A DNA stretch of 64,000 nucleotides, taken from the NCBI GenBank assembly GCA_045567365.1, contig JBJLDC010000019.1:14610-78609 (forward strand), read 5' to 3'. The notes beneath the pieces are model-generated. The model did not search any database. It saw nothing but the letters and a program-made list of their open reading frames with translations, and was not told the DNA's origin. Each line of letters opens with the position of its first letter. Within the stretch, counting starts at the first letter, position 1. The DNA is from Candidatus Pelagibacterales bacterium. Lineage in GTDB: Bacteria; Pseudomonadota; Alphaproteobacteria; Pelagibacterales; AG-422-B15. The position numbers and the translations under genes are program-made. Below, one piece after another: positions 44,777-56,499 of the stretch.

Positions 44777-45201
44777 AAATTAAAATTTATACAGATGGAG
44801 CCTGTTCTGGGAATCCTGGTAAAGGTGGATGGGGAGCATTAATCCAAGAAAACGATAATGAAAAAAAATTAAGTGGAAGTGAATTGAATACTACTAATAA
44901 TAGAATGGAATTGACTGCAGTTATCAGAGCACTTGAACATTATGATGAAGCCAAAGAAATAGAAGTTTTTACTGACTCTAAATATGTAATGCAAGGAATA
45001 ACTGAATGGATCAAAAATTGGAAAACTAATCATTGGAAAACATCTCAAAAAAAAGATGTAAAAAATAAAGACCTTTGGGTCTTACTAGACTCTGTTTCAG
45101 CGAAGCATGATATTAAATGGAGCTGGGTAAAAGGTCATGCTGGCGACTATGGAAATGAAATAGCCGACAAACTTGCAACACAAGCAATATTAGAAAGTTA
45201 G
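44773..45201 (+). CDS. rnhA: Ribonuclease HI
   Basis: TDGACSGNPG, TNNRMEL, TDS.YV, WVKGHAG, NE.AD. Confidence 0.97.
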   Translation: MKIKIYTDGACSGNPGKGGWGALIQENDNEKKLSGSELNTTNNRMELTAVIRALEHYDEAKEIEVFTDSKYVMQGITEWIKNWKTNHWKTSQKKDVKNKDLWVLLDSVSAKHDIKWSWVKGHAGDYGNEIADKLATQAILES

Positions 45202-45683
45202 ATGCTATCAATCATATTTAGGGCACCACTTAGTAATGCTTGCCCTGATTCTTGCTCAATAAAAAGCTCTCTAATGACCGAGTCGACTAGATACATAGAA
45301 AACCTTTGCGTTTTGATAGATGTTCCAAACGGATCACTGTAATCAGTACCCAATGCTTTTGAAAATTCTGCTTTTGAGTCAGATAACATTATAACTTTTT
45401 CTGCAGCCCCTAAACTTTGAATCCAAGCAGAATTCACAAAGATATCATTTGTACTAAAGCATATTATCTCATCAACACCTTTTGATTTTAAGGCATCATA
45501 ATTATCTAGATATCCTGGCAAATGATTTCTATGACATGTAGGAGTAAATGCTCCTGGCAAACCAATTAAAACTATTTTTTTTCCCTTGCAATACTCCCTT
45601 AAAGAAAAACCTTGTGGTCCATCTTTTTCAGTCATTACTACAAGATTTTCTTCAGGAATTTGATCGCCTACTTTTATACTCAT
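45198..45683 (-). CDS. Peroxiredoxin (Prx5 type)
   Basis: PGAFTPTCH..HLPG, ND.FV..AW. Confidence 0.93.
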   Translation of the reverse strand: MSIKVGDQIPEENLVVMTEKDGPQGFSLREYCKGKKIVLIGLPGAFTPTCHRNHLPGYLDNYDALKSKGVDEIICFSTNDIFVNSAWIQSLGAAEKVIMLSDSKAEFSKALGTDYSDPFGTSIKTQRFSMYLVDSVIRELFIEQESGQALLSGALNMIDSI

Positions 45684-45745
45684 AAATGAAACTTTCTACC
45701 TATTTAAAACATATGCTATTTAAAGATAATGATATGTAAAGATAA

Positions 45746-46327
45746 TTAATCCTCACTCTCAAGACAGGAAAAAATTAGATGGTCTTGCCACTTACCATTG
45801 ATCTTGAGATATTTTCTAGCCTTACCCTCAATATGAAAGTTATTTTTCTTAAGAACATTCAAAGACGGTTCATTTGACTCTAAGCAAGCTGCCTCAACAC
45901 GATGCAATCCAAGCTCATTAAAAATAAAATTTTTAATTAACATGATTGACTCCGACATAAATCCAAGCCCAATCCTATTTTTAGAAATCCAATATCCAAT
46001 TGAACAGCTTTGGAGTACTCCACGTTGAACATTATTGATATTTAATTCACCAATTAATTCATTAGAATTTTTATCAAAAATTAGAAAAGGATATGCCTCA
46101 TCATTACTAATTAACTTTTCATAAACTTTAACTCTTCTTAAGAAAGAGTTTCTTTCAAGATCATTAAGGGGCCATGTAGGTTCCCAGGGTTTGAGATGAG
46201 ACATGTTCTCTCTTCTCGTTTCCGACCATTTTTCCCAATCTCTATATTCAGGTGATCTTAAATACACTCTTTCTCCATCAAGATATTTGGATATTTTTTT
46301 AGAAGGATATGATGATAAGAAAGACAT
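45746..46327 (-). CDS. RimJ-like GNAT N-acetyltransferase
   Basis: PWEP.W, RGV.Q...IGYW, LHRVEAAC, YLKING.WQDH. Confidence 0.9.
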   Translation of the reverse strand: MSFLSSYPSKKISKYLDGERVYLRSPEYRDWEKWSETRRENMSHLKPWEPTWPLNDLERNSFLRRVKVYEKLISNDEAYPFLIFDKNSNELIGELNINNVQRGVLQSCSIGYWISKNRIGLGFMSESIMLIKNFIFNELGLHRVEAACLESNEPSLNVLKKNNFHIEGKARKYLKINGKWQDHLIFSCLESED

Positions 46328-46331
46328 GATG

Positions 46332-47705
46332 TCAATTACTGGATACTATTTTAAGTTTTACTTCATCAACACTGTTGCTCAAACTATCAAATTTCTCTGT
46401 AGCTTCAAATAATTTCTCGTAACCATTTAATAAATTTGTTTTTGACTGAATAGAATTTTCAACTGTATCAAGAAATTTAACTGGATGAGCTGTGCCTAAT
46501 ATAAAATTATTTTCAATTTGTTGGCTTTGTCTTGAGGCATGAATACCAATAGCAGTGTGAGGATCTACCAAATACCCGTCAGCTTCATAAGTATCTCTTA
46601 TAACTTTTACAACACTTTTCATATCTACTTTTTCTGAAGAGAAATAACTTTGGCAAACTTCAAGGCTTTGAGAAGTAACGCTTATATTTCCGTTTATTTT
46701 AAAATTATTCATTTTTTCATTTATTTCCGAACTAGAGCGATTAAGGGCGTCAAATAATAATCTTTCAAAATTACTTGCTACCTGAATATCCATACTAGGA
46801 CTCGAAGTTTTAACAACTTCACGTGACTTGTATTGACCTGTTTTAAAAAAACGATCTAAAATGTCATTTTCATTTGTAGCTACAATTAAACGATTAATAT
46901 TTAAACCCATTTTTTTCGCAATATATCCTGCATAGACATCACCAAAATTGCCAGTTGGCACAGAGAAATTATATTTACTTTCGCAATTATCCAATCTTAA
47001 AGCTGAAAAAAAATAATAAACAACTTGAATCATCACTCTTGCCCAATTTATTGAATTAACTGCTGATATATTATATTTTCCACTAAATTCATTATCAGCT
47101 AAAATCTCTTTAACAATATTTTGACAGTCATCAAAGGTTCCGTTGATTTCACAAAGATTTATCTTATTACTTTTGACTGTGGACATTTGTCTTCTTTGAA
47201 ATTCAGAAATTCTATTCTTTGGATATAAACAATAAATATTTAGATTCTTGCTTTTATTAACTGCATGTATTGCTGCTGAGCCAGTATCACCTGAAGTAGC
47301 AACAATTAAATTCATTTGTCTATCTTCCTTGTCGAGAAAATAATCAAAAATAGGAATTAATAATTGCATAGCAAAATCTTTAAATGCTAATGTTGGTCCA
47401 TTAAACAACTCCACCACTGTTTCACCTCTGGATAATTTTTTAAATGTAACTGGATCAGGTGAAGAAAAATCTTTGTAAGCACTTTTTATAATGCTATGGA
47501 GATCATCGTCGTTTATTTCAGAACCTATAAATGGTTGAATAATCTTTGCAGTAAGATTTTCATAACTTAAATCAGACCTAAGTTCATTTGTATTAATTTG
47601 AGGCCATTCATTTGGAATAAATAAACCACCATCTTGAGCCAGTCCCTTCATTAAGGCATTCTGAAATGATCCTACTTTTGATCCCCTAGTGCTTATGTAT
47701 TCCAT
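46332..47705 (-). CDS. thrC: Threonine synthase
   Basis: YISTRG, GPTLAFKD, ATSGDTG, NSINWAR, PTGNFG. Confidence 0.97.
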   Translation of the reverse strand: MEYISTRGSKVGSFQNALMKGLAQDGGLFIPNEWPQINTNELRSDLSYENLTAKIIQPFIGSEINDDDLHSIIKSAYKDFSSPDPVTFKKLSRGETVVELFNGPTLAFKDFAMQLLIPIFDYFLDKEDRQMNLIVATSGDTGSAAIHAVNKSKNLNIYCLYPKNRISEFQRRQMSTVKSNKINLCEINGTFDDCQNIVKEILADNEFSGKYNISAVNSINWARVMIQVVYYFFSALRLDNCESKYNFSVPTGNFGDVYAGYIAKKMGLNINRLIVATNENDILDRFFKTGQYKSREVVKTSSPSMDIQVASNFERLLFDALNRSSSEINEKMNNFKINGNISVTSQSLEVCQSYFSSEKVDMKSVVKVIRDTYEADGYLVDPHTAIGIHASRQSQQIENNFILGTAHPVKFLDTVENSIQSKTNLLNGYEKLFEATEKFDSLSNSVDEVKLKIVSSN

Positions 47706-48391
47706 TTAATTCTAATTATTTGATATACTTGATAAAAATATAAGACTCCTACTACAATAAAAAGCAAGAACCATGTTCCAGCATATTGTAAATGATTATT
47801 TGGTATTTGAGTAGGATTAAACTCTATCAAAGTTTGCTCAAAATAATTTTGATCAATTATCTTCAGGATAAAAAAGCTTCCATTTAGTTTATAAAATTGA
47901 TTCATTTCAGTTGAGCTCAATGTGTACCAAATGTTTTTAATGTAGTCATTTTCAGGTGAAAACATGTTTCTTTGTTTAGATGATATTAGTATTCCTTTAA
48001 GACTAAAATTTTTATTATAATCTATGTCTAGAAAACCCATATTTTCTTTTTGCTCGAATGGTATCCAACCTATATCTATGTAAATAACACTATCATCGAT
48101 AGTTTTAAAAGCGCTAACTACATTATATCCTGATTGACCACTTAAATTTGGTCTAAAAAAGAATGTTTGAGTATTTTCTATAAACTTACCTTCTACAGAT
48201 GTATTTCTATACTCAAAATCTTTTATTCTTTCATTATATGGAAAAGTAATATTTTCTGCTGACTGTCGACTGCTAATATTATTTAATAATTCATTTTTCC
48301 ACTCTAATCGATCAAGCTGCCATAAGCCAAGATTAGGCAAAGTAATTAATGCTGATAGGAAAATGAAATGAAAAAGGATATTTCTTATCAA
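47693..48391 (-). CDS. SURF1 family oxidase assembly protein; probable start TTG near 48391
   Basis: LGLWQLDRLEWK, GWIP, NNHLQYA.TWF. Confidence 0.9.
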   Translation of the reverse strand: MIRNILFHFIFLSALITLPNLGLWQLDRLEWKNELLNNISSRQSAENITFPYNERIKDFEYRNTSVEGKFIENTQTFFFRPNLSGQSGYNVVSAFKTIDDSVIYIDIGWIPFEQKENMGFLDIDYNKNFSLKGILISSKQRNMFSPENDYIKNIWYTLSSTEMNQFYKLNGSFFILKIIDQNYFEQTLIEFNPTQIPNNHLQYAGTWFLLFIVVGVLYFYQVYQIIRIKWNT

Positions 48392-48399
48392 TTTAAACT

Positions 48400-49197
48400 T
48401 TAGTAATAACCCCAAACATATATTGCAGCAAATAAGAATAGCCAAACAACATCAACGAAATGCCAATACCATGCACAAGCCTCGAACCCAAAATGGTGAT
48501 CAGATTTAAAGTGGCCCGCAAGCATCCTTCCTAAGCATACAACTATGAAAAGTGTACCTATTAGAACATGAGCGCCATGGAATCCAGTAGCCATATAAAA
48601 TGTAGCGCCATATATATGACCTGAAAATTCAAATTCTGCATGCATATACTCATATACTTGAAATCCAGTAAAGATTACACCTAATATAATTGTAAGAATG
48701 AGACCTTGAATAACTTCCTTTCTATGGCCTTCTTGAAGTGCATGATGTGCCCATGTAAGTGTTGTACCAGAAAGTAAAAGAATAAGAGTATTTATAAGAG
48801 GAATATGCCACGGGTTCATCAAGTGAATGTCTGCTGGTGGCCATGCGGAACCAATTTGTTCTGTAGGAAACAATGAAGCATTAAAATAAGCCCAAAACCA
48901 TGCAACAAAAAACATCACCTCTGAAGCAATAAACAAAGTCATACCATATCGAAGTCCTAACTGAACAACTTCAGAATGGTGACCATCGTGTTCCCCTTCT
49001 TTGATAATGTCACGAAACCACATGTAACCGATATAAATGACGGTTGCTAAGCCCAGTATCATTATCCAAGGATTGTCTGACCTAAAATATATAACAGCTC
49101 CAAAACACAAAACTAAAGCCCCAATAGACGCCAATAGGGGCCATGGACTAGGATCTACTAAATGATATTGGTGAGAATTTGAATTTTTTGAACTCAT
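48400..49197 (-). CDS. ctaE: Cytochrome c oxidase subunit III
   Basis: HLVDPSPWP, FIASEVMFF, TGFHG.HV, WYWHFVDVVW. Confidence 0.97.
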   Translation of the reverse strand: MSSKNSNSHQYHLVDPSPWPLLASIGALVLCFGAVIYFRSDNPWIMILGLATVIYIGYMWFRDIIKEGEHDGHHSEVVQLGLRYGMTLFIASEVMFFVAWFWAYFNASLFPTEQIGSAWPPADIHLMNPWHIPLINTLILLLSGTTLTWAHHALQEGHRKEVIQGLILTIILGVIFTGFQVYEYMHAEFEFSGHIYGATFYMATGFHGAHVLIGTLFIVVCLGRMLAGHFKSDHHFGFEACAWYWHFVDVVWLFLFAAIYVWGYY

Positions 49198-49751
49198 GAG
49201 ATTGGTGTATCAGCATTTTTATAAAAGGTATAGGACAAAGTAACTTCTGATAGATCTTTCAAAAATTGATCATCAATTATTTCTGGATCGATATAAAAAC
49301 TAACAGGTAATTTTATTTCTTCACCAGGTTCGAGCATTAAATCATGAAAACAAAAGCATTCAATTTTCGTGAAGTACTGACCAGCTTGTTCTGGCGTTAC
49401 GTTAAAAAGAGCAGTACCTACTTGCTTTTCATTAGACAAATTTTGAGCTAAATAATTGATAACTTTATTTTCACCAATTTTAATTTTATATATATTTTTT
49501 TCAGGCGAAAAATCCCAGTTAAGATTTGTTACATTTGCATCCAGTCTAATATTAATATTTTGATTAATTGAATATTCACTTTTCTCTAAACTAACTGATG
49601 GGGTTCCACCAAATCCTGTAACTCTACAAAATAAGTCATAAAGTGGAACTGAAGCATAAGCTAAGCCAAGCATTAAAAATACAACTGTGACCAGCATTAT
49701 AACAATTCGATTATTGCTATATTTTGTTCCTGATGAATTAAAACTTTTCAT
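49194..49751 (-). CDS. ctaG: Cytochrome c oxidase assembly protein CtaG/Cox11
   Basis: VPLY..FC.VTG.GG, KIECFCF. Confidence 0.96.
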   Translation of the reverse strand: MKSFNSSGTKYSNNRIVIMLVTVVFLMLGLAYASVPLYDLFCRVTGFGGTPSVSLEKSEYSINQNINIRLDANVTNLNWDFSPEKNIYKIKIGENKVINYLAQNLSNEKQVGTALFNVTPEQAGQYFTKIECFCFHDLMLEPGEEIKLPVSFYIDPEIIDDQFLKDLSEVTLSYTFYKNADTPIS

Positions 49752-49755
49752 ACAA

Positions 49756-49866
49756 TTAACCTACTAAAGACAATCTATACATAGTATAAAAAAAGAATGC
49801 CAGCACAAAGCCCACAAGAATAAGAGCTGTGATCATATTTTTTCTTTTTGTTTTTTTGTTCTGCAT
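49756..49866 (-). CDS. Small 36-aa single-TM protein in the cox operon (CoxF-like)
   Basis: Not in ORF track. MQNKKTKRKNMITALILVGFVLAFFFYTMYRLSLVG; fills the ctaB-ctaG gap with 2-bp and 4-bp spacers. Confidence 0.8.
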   Translation of the reverse strand: MQNKKTKRKNMITALILVGFVLAFFFYTMYRLSLVG

Positions 49867-49868
49867 AG

Positions 49869-50789
49869 CTACCAAATCGTATTATCTATTAATATAATTG
49901 AAAAAATATTGAATAAATAAAATATTGAAAAGAAAAATAAGTTTTGAGCTTTTTTTTCAAAGCCTGGCTTATTAAGACCCAACTTCAAAGTAATAGATAA
50001 ATAAACAAATATAGAACTCAAAGTAAAGATCGATACTGAATAAAACATTGAATAATAGAATGATAATGACATGACGACAGGCATTAGAATTAAAGAGTAT
50101 ACAATAATCAGATCTACAGTTCTCTTATTTCCCACAATAAGTGGCATCATTGGTATATTTGCTCTTCGATAATCATCTGATTTATACAAGGCTAAAGCCC
50201 AAAAATGAGGTGGTGTCCAAACAAAAATAATTGTAAAAATAAGAAGAATTTCAATCGATAATGAACCAGCAATGGCCGCCCAACCAATCATCGGTGGAAA
50301 AGCTCCAGCTGCTCCACCAATTACAATATTTTGAGGAGTTCTTTTCTTTAACCAAATTGTATAAATAAAAATATAAAAAAATATTGTTAAAGCTAGTATG
50401 GAAGCGGCTAAAATATTGGAAAACAAATATAATATACCAACAGATAAAATTGACAAAAATAATCCAAAAATAAGTGCGTGATTAGGCTTAATTTTTCCTA
50501 ATGGCAGCACCCTATCTTTTGTTCTTTCCATTAACTTATCAAGATCTCTTTCATACCACATGTTAAGTGCACCTGAAGCACCTGAACCTATGGATATGGC
50601 AAATAAAATAATTAGCACTTCAAGATTAAAAACAAAACCTGGGGCAATCATTATTCCTACTAGAGATGTGAATATTGAGAGAGACATTACTCGAGGTTTA
50701 AGGAGAGAAAAGTAGTTTTTTAATACATTTAATGCATTAAATTTTGAATGAACATCGTCATCTATTAATGTGTTTGTTATATTTGACAC
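49869..50789 (-). CDS. ctaB: Protoheme IX farnesyltransferase (GTG start)
   Basis: LLKPRVM, D..MERT..R, QNIVIGG.AG, WTPPHFW. Confidence 0.96.
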   Translation of the reverse strand: MSNITNTLIDDDVHSKFNALNVLKNYFSLLKPRVMSLSIFTSLVGIMIAPGFVFNLEVLIILFAISIGSGASGALNMWYERDLDKLMERTKDRVLPLGKIKPNHALIFGLFLSILSVGILYLFSNILAASILALTIFFYIFIYTIWLKKRTPQNIVIGGAAGAFPPMIGWAAIAGSLSIEILLIFTIIFVWTPPHFWALALYKSDDYRRANIPMMPLIVGNKRTVDLIIVYSLILMPVVMSLSFYYSMFYSVSIFTLSSIFVYLSITLKLGLNKPGFEKKAQNLFFFSIFYLFNIFSIILIDNTIW

Positions 50790-50800
50790 ACGTATACCTT

Positions 50801-52420
<1,620 letters not shown>

Positions 52421-52426
52421 TTATTA

Positions 52427-53254
52427 CTAATTTTTTGCAACCTGAAAAGTTTGATTAAAGTTGGTTTTACTTGATGCGTATTCTTCTTTAGCAAAGTTGA
52501 GCCAGTTATCAAATTCATCTTGTGATACAACTTTTACATTTATTGGCATAAAGGCATGCTTTGGACCGCAGAGCTCAGAACACTGTCCATAATATGTTCC
52601 AGTCTTTTCTGCCTTAAACCATGTTTCATTAAGTCTTCCAGGAACTGCATCTTTTTTCACCGCAAAAGCAGGAATAGTCCATGCATGCAATACATCATTT
52701 GATGTAATCAGTAATTTTACTACTTTGTTTACTGGAACAACAATTTGTGTATCTGTTTCCAACAATCTCAAGCTTGGATCAGACAATTCTTCATCTTGAA
52801 GCATGTTTGCATCAAAAGAAAAGTCATCGTAATCCGGATATTCATAACTCCAGTACCATTGATTACCAATTGCTTTGATAGTTAAGTCAGCCTTTGGAAT
52901 CGTTTCAGCTGTGTATAATATTCTGAACGATGGGATAGCGATAATTATTAAAAGTATTACTGGTATCACAGTCCACAAAACTTCAATCACGGTATTATGT
53001 GTTGTCGTCGAAGCTATTTGATTTCTGTTGCTGTTATATCTGTAAGCAATATAGAGAAGTAAAGCCAAAACCAGTATCGAAATACCAGTGATTATTGGCA
53101 TTAGAATATAACTGTGAAATGCAATCACATCTGACATTAACTCAGTTGCTGGTTCAGAAAACCCTAACTGCCAGTCCTTAGGCAATGTTTCAGTTGAGCT
53201 TGCATTCGATAAAAATGAAAACAGGGCAATAAAAATTAATGATAAATACTTCAT
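52427..53254 (-). CDS. coxB: Cytochrome c oxidase subunit II
   Basis: Signal peptide, QWYWSYEY, DVLH, CSELCG..H..M CuA motif. Confidence 0.97.
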   Translation of the reverse strand: MKYLSLIFIALFSFLSNASSTETLPKDWQLGFSEPATELMSDVIAFHSYILMPIITGISILVLALLLYIAYRYNSNRNQIASTTTHNTVIEVLWTVIPVILLIIIAIPSFRILYTAETIPKADLTIKAIGNQWYWSYEYPDYDDFSFDANMLQDEELSDPSLRLLETDTQIVVPVNKVVKLLITSNDVLHAWTIPAFAVKKDAVPGRLNETWFKAEKTGTYYGQCSELCGPKHAFMPINVKVVSQDEFDNWLNFAKEEYASSKTNFNQTFQVAKN

Positions 53255-53347
53255 AAATAACTACTATTTAACTTAAATATAACTAAATTGATAAATAACA
53301 ATATAAATATATATCTTGATTAACAGAGGAAAATAATCCTTTTTTTA

Positions 53348-53362
53348 GCGACAGTTTGACGC
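53348..53362. promoter_or_regulatory. Putative RegA/RegR/PrrA box upstream of coxB
   Basis: GCGAC-AGTTT-GACGC; isolated GC-rich element in an AT-rich spacer. Confidence 0.62.
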
Positions 53363-53427
53363 AATTTTTCCTGGTTTTTTAACATTTTTGGTATTATTTA
53401 TAGAAGGGTATAACTAATTGTCGATTA

Positions 53428-54873
53428 ATGAATAATAAATTACAGAATCAGAATTTAGAAAGTCTTTTTTTCAAAGATTCAGCACTTGATAATAAGAAGG
53501 TTGATAAAATTGTTTCAGACTCTTTAGCAAATGCGGACGATGGTGAACTCTACTTACAATTTGAAGAAAGTGAAAATTTTGTTTTTGATGACCAACGACT
53601 TAAAAGTGCTTCATTCGATGTATCAAAAGGTTTTGGCCTGAGAGCTGTTGCGGAAGATACAACTGGCTATGCTCACTCATCGGATATTAATGAAGATGCA
53701 TTAAAAAAAGCTAGTGAAACTGTAGGCTTTGTTACAAAAAAAAATAACAATTCATTCAATCATAACTTTTCAAAGACAAATAAGAAATTATATGAGGATA
53801 TAAATCCAATCGATTCGACTCAGTTTGACTTAAAAGTAAATACTTTAAAACAAATTGATGAATACGCACGAAAACAAAATCCAAATGTTAAGCAAGTTTC
53901 TGCATCTCTAAATGGATCTTGGGAAGTGGTTAGAATTTATAGACCAGGTGGTGTAATGGTTGAAGATATCAGACCTCTAGTAAGACTTTATGTATCTATC
54001 GTTTTAGAAAAAAATGGTAGATTAGAAAATGGTAGTCGAGGATCTGGTGGAAGAGTTGATTATGAAAAATTCTTAAATGCTGATCATTGGCAAAATCAAG
54101 TTAACGAAGCTATACAACAGGCTGAAGTAAATTTAGAGTCAGTTGCTACACCAGCGGGAGAAATGGACGTTGTGCTTGGTTCCGGTTATCCTGGTGTTTT
54201 ACTTCATGAAGCAATTGGGCATGGCCTCGAAGGAGATTTTAATAGAAAAAAAACATCTGCCTTTTTCGACTTAATGGGAAAACAAATCGCAGATGAGTCA
54301 GTTACAGTTGTTGATGATGGAACAATTGACTCAAGAAGAGGCTCACTAAGCATTGATGATGAAGGCACACCAACGAATTGTACGACATTAATTGAAAATG
54401 GAATACTTACTGGCTATATGCAAGATAGATTAAATTCAAGACTTATGGGCGTCGAACCTACAGGAAATGGGAGAAGAGAGAGTTATGCTCATACACCGAT
54501 GCCAAGAATGACAAACACGTACATGATGTCAGGAAAATCAGAACCAGAGGAAATCATTAAAACTGTAAAGAATGGTCTTTACGCTGTTGATTTTGGAGGT
54601 GGTCAAGTTGATATCACAAGTGGTAAGTTTGTTTTTACATGTACTGAAGCATATAAAATTATAGATGGTAAAGTTGATCAACCAGTTAAGGGGGCAACAC
54701 TTATTGGAAACGGCCCAGATGTCTTAAAAAGAGTTAAGATGGTTGGAAACGATTCTAAAATGGATACTGGTATTGGAACATGCGGCAAGCAAGGTCAAAG
54801 TGTGCCTGTGGGCGTTGGTCAACCTACAATGCTCATCAACAATTTAACTGTTGGTGGAACTGCAACTAGCTAG
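53428..54873 (+). CDS. tldD: Metalloprotease TldD
   Basis: LLHEAIGHGLEGD, PRMTNT, GTCGK.GQ.VPV; divergent from coxB as in many alphaproteobacteria. Confidence 0.96.
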   Translation: MNNKLQNQNLESLFFKDSALDNKKVDKIVSDSLANADDGELYLQFEESENFVFDDQRLKSASFDVSKGFGLRAVAEDTTGYAHSSDINEDALKKASETVGFVTKKNNNSFNHNFSKTNKKLYEDINPIDSTQFDLKVNTLKQIDEYARKQNPNVKQVSASLNGSWEVVRIYRPGGVMVEDIRPLVRLYVSIVLEKNGRLENGSRGSGGRVDYEKFLNADHWQNQVNEAIQQAEVNLESVATPAGEMDVVLGSGYPGVLLHEAIGHGLEGDFNRKKTSAFFDLMGKQIADESVTVVDDGTIDSRRGSLSIDDEGTPTNCTTLIENGILTGYMQDRLNSRLMGVEPTGNGRRESYAHTPMPRMTNTYMMSGKSEPEEIIKTVKNGLYAVDFGGGQVDITSGKFVFTCTEAYKIIDGKVDQPVKGATLIGNGPDVLKRVKMVGNDSKMDTGIGTCGKQGQSVPVGVGQPTMLINNLTVGGTATS

Positions 54874-56435
54874 CTTACTTGTCTATCTCTGCCCTTCCAA
54901 TAAGGCTCTCGCAGAGTTTTCTTTAGAACTTTACCGCTCGCATTTCGAGGCACTTCTGAAATGAAATCAACTGATCTAGGTTTTTTGTAGCTCGCAATTT
55001 TTTCCTTACAAAAATCTATAAGTTCAATATCTGTGAGTGATGATCCTTCTTTTATAACTACGCAAGCCTTGACAACTTCTCCAAGCTTATCATCAGGTAC
55101 CCCAATAACAGCAGCATCAACAACCTCGGGGTGAGAAAATAAAACTGCTTCAACTTCAGTTGAATAAATATTTTCACCTCCAGAAACAATCATATCTTTA
55201 ATGCGATCTTGGATGTAAACATATCCCTCATTATCCATTCGACCTGCATCTCCTGTATGCATCCATCCATCTACCAGAGATTTTTTTGTCTCCTCTTCCT
55301 TATTCCAATAGCCTTTCATAATTTGAGGGCCTTTAGCGCAAATTTGGCCTATCTCTCCTCTTGGTAGTTCGTTACCGTCTTCATCTCTTATTTCAACAGT
55401 TGCACCTTTAACTGGTTTTCCACAAGACTTTAAGAGTTCAGGCTTTTCTCTAAGTGCTCGCTCATGATCATCAGTGCTTAAAATACATATAACAGCAACT
55501 GTCTCTGTCATTCCAAAACCTTGGCCAAACTTACATCCAAAAACATCCATAGCTCTTTTTAATGTTTCAGGGGCAATTGGAGATGCGCCATAGTGAATTT
55601 GATCTAATTCATCGAACGTAAAATCATCAACATTCGGAACCGTCATAAGGCATGCTTGAATCATAGCGGGGACAAGAACGGTATGAGAAATTTTTTCTTT
55701 TGACAAAGTTTGAACTACATCTGATGGAATAAAATCTTCATGTATTACTACAGTTCCACCAACTGCTATACATCCACAAAAATTAATCATTGCTGCTGCA
55801 TGATACATGGGAGCAACTAGTAGAGTTCGAGGTGGAATCGGAAGCACTAATCGATCAAAATATTGCTCAGTATTTGCTGCTACATTTCTTTGAAGAATTA
55901 TTGCACCTTTTGGTAGCCCAGTGGTACCACTAGTATACATTTGATAGACATCGTCATCTTCTGCAATATTGTGATTAAGATTTTCAATGCCCGTGCCCTC
56001 AGTCCAATTATTTAAATCTATCCAATCAGATAGTTTGTTACTACTACAAATTGAGATATATTTTTTAACAGAATGTAGTTTATCTCTAAAGCTATCTACT
56101 CGAGAAATAAATTCATCATCGCGAACCATAATTAATTTTGATTGCGAATCATTGATGATGTACTCCCATTCTTGATTTGCTAAACGGTAATTGAGTGGAA
56201 CTGGAACTACACCAACTTTTGAGGCTGCATGATACATTATTGCCATTTCATCACAGTTTTTTGCAAGAAATGTAAAGCGATCACCTTTTTTAAGGCCCTC
56301 TTTAATAAAGCTATTTGCTATCTGGTTTGCAGTAATATTTGCTTCCCCATACGTTCTTTTGGTATTTTTAAACTCTGAAAATAATTGATCAGGAGTTGTT
56401 TCAGCGTATTTTTCTAAATTTTGATGAAGTAACAT
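54870..56435 (-). CDS. Acyl-CoA synthetase (long-chain fatty acid--CoA ligase-like)
   Basis: YTSGTTGLPKG, GMTE, HTGD, DR.KDMIVSGGEN, PRNASGK. Confidence 0.9.
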   Translation of the reverse strand: MLLHQNLEKYAETTPDQLFSEFKNTKRTYGEANITANQIANSFIKEGLKKGDRFTFLAKNCDEMAIMYHAASKVGVVPVPLNYRLANQEWEYIINDSQSKLIMVRDDEFISRVDSFRDKLHSVKKYISICSSNKLSDWIDLNNWTEGTGIENLNHNIAEDDDVYQMYTSGTTGLPKGAIILQRNVAANTEQYFDRLVLPIPPRTLLVAPMYHAAAMINFCGCIAVGGTVVIHEDFIPSDVVQTLSKEKISHTVLVPAMIQACLMTVPNVDDFTFDELDQIHYGASPIAPETLKRAMDVFGCKFGQGFGMTETVAVICILSTDDHERALREKPELLKSCGKPVKGATVEIRDEDGNELPRGEIGQICAKGPQIMKGYWNKEEETKKSLVDGWMHTGDAGRMDNEGYVYIQDRIKDMIVSGGENIYSTEVEAVLFSHPEVVDAAVIGVPDDKLGEVVKACVVIKEGSSLTDIELIDFCKEKIASYKKPRSVDFISEVPRNASGKVLKKTLREPYWKGRDRQVS

Positions 56436-56499
56436 AATAAATAAAATTTTATCCTTTCAAATTATTACTTTCAACTAGATTTTAACTTTTGAAAAAAAT

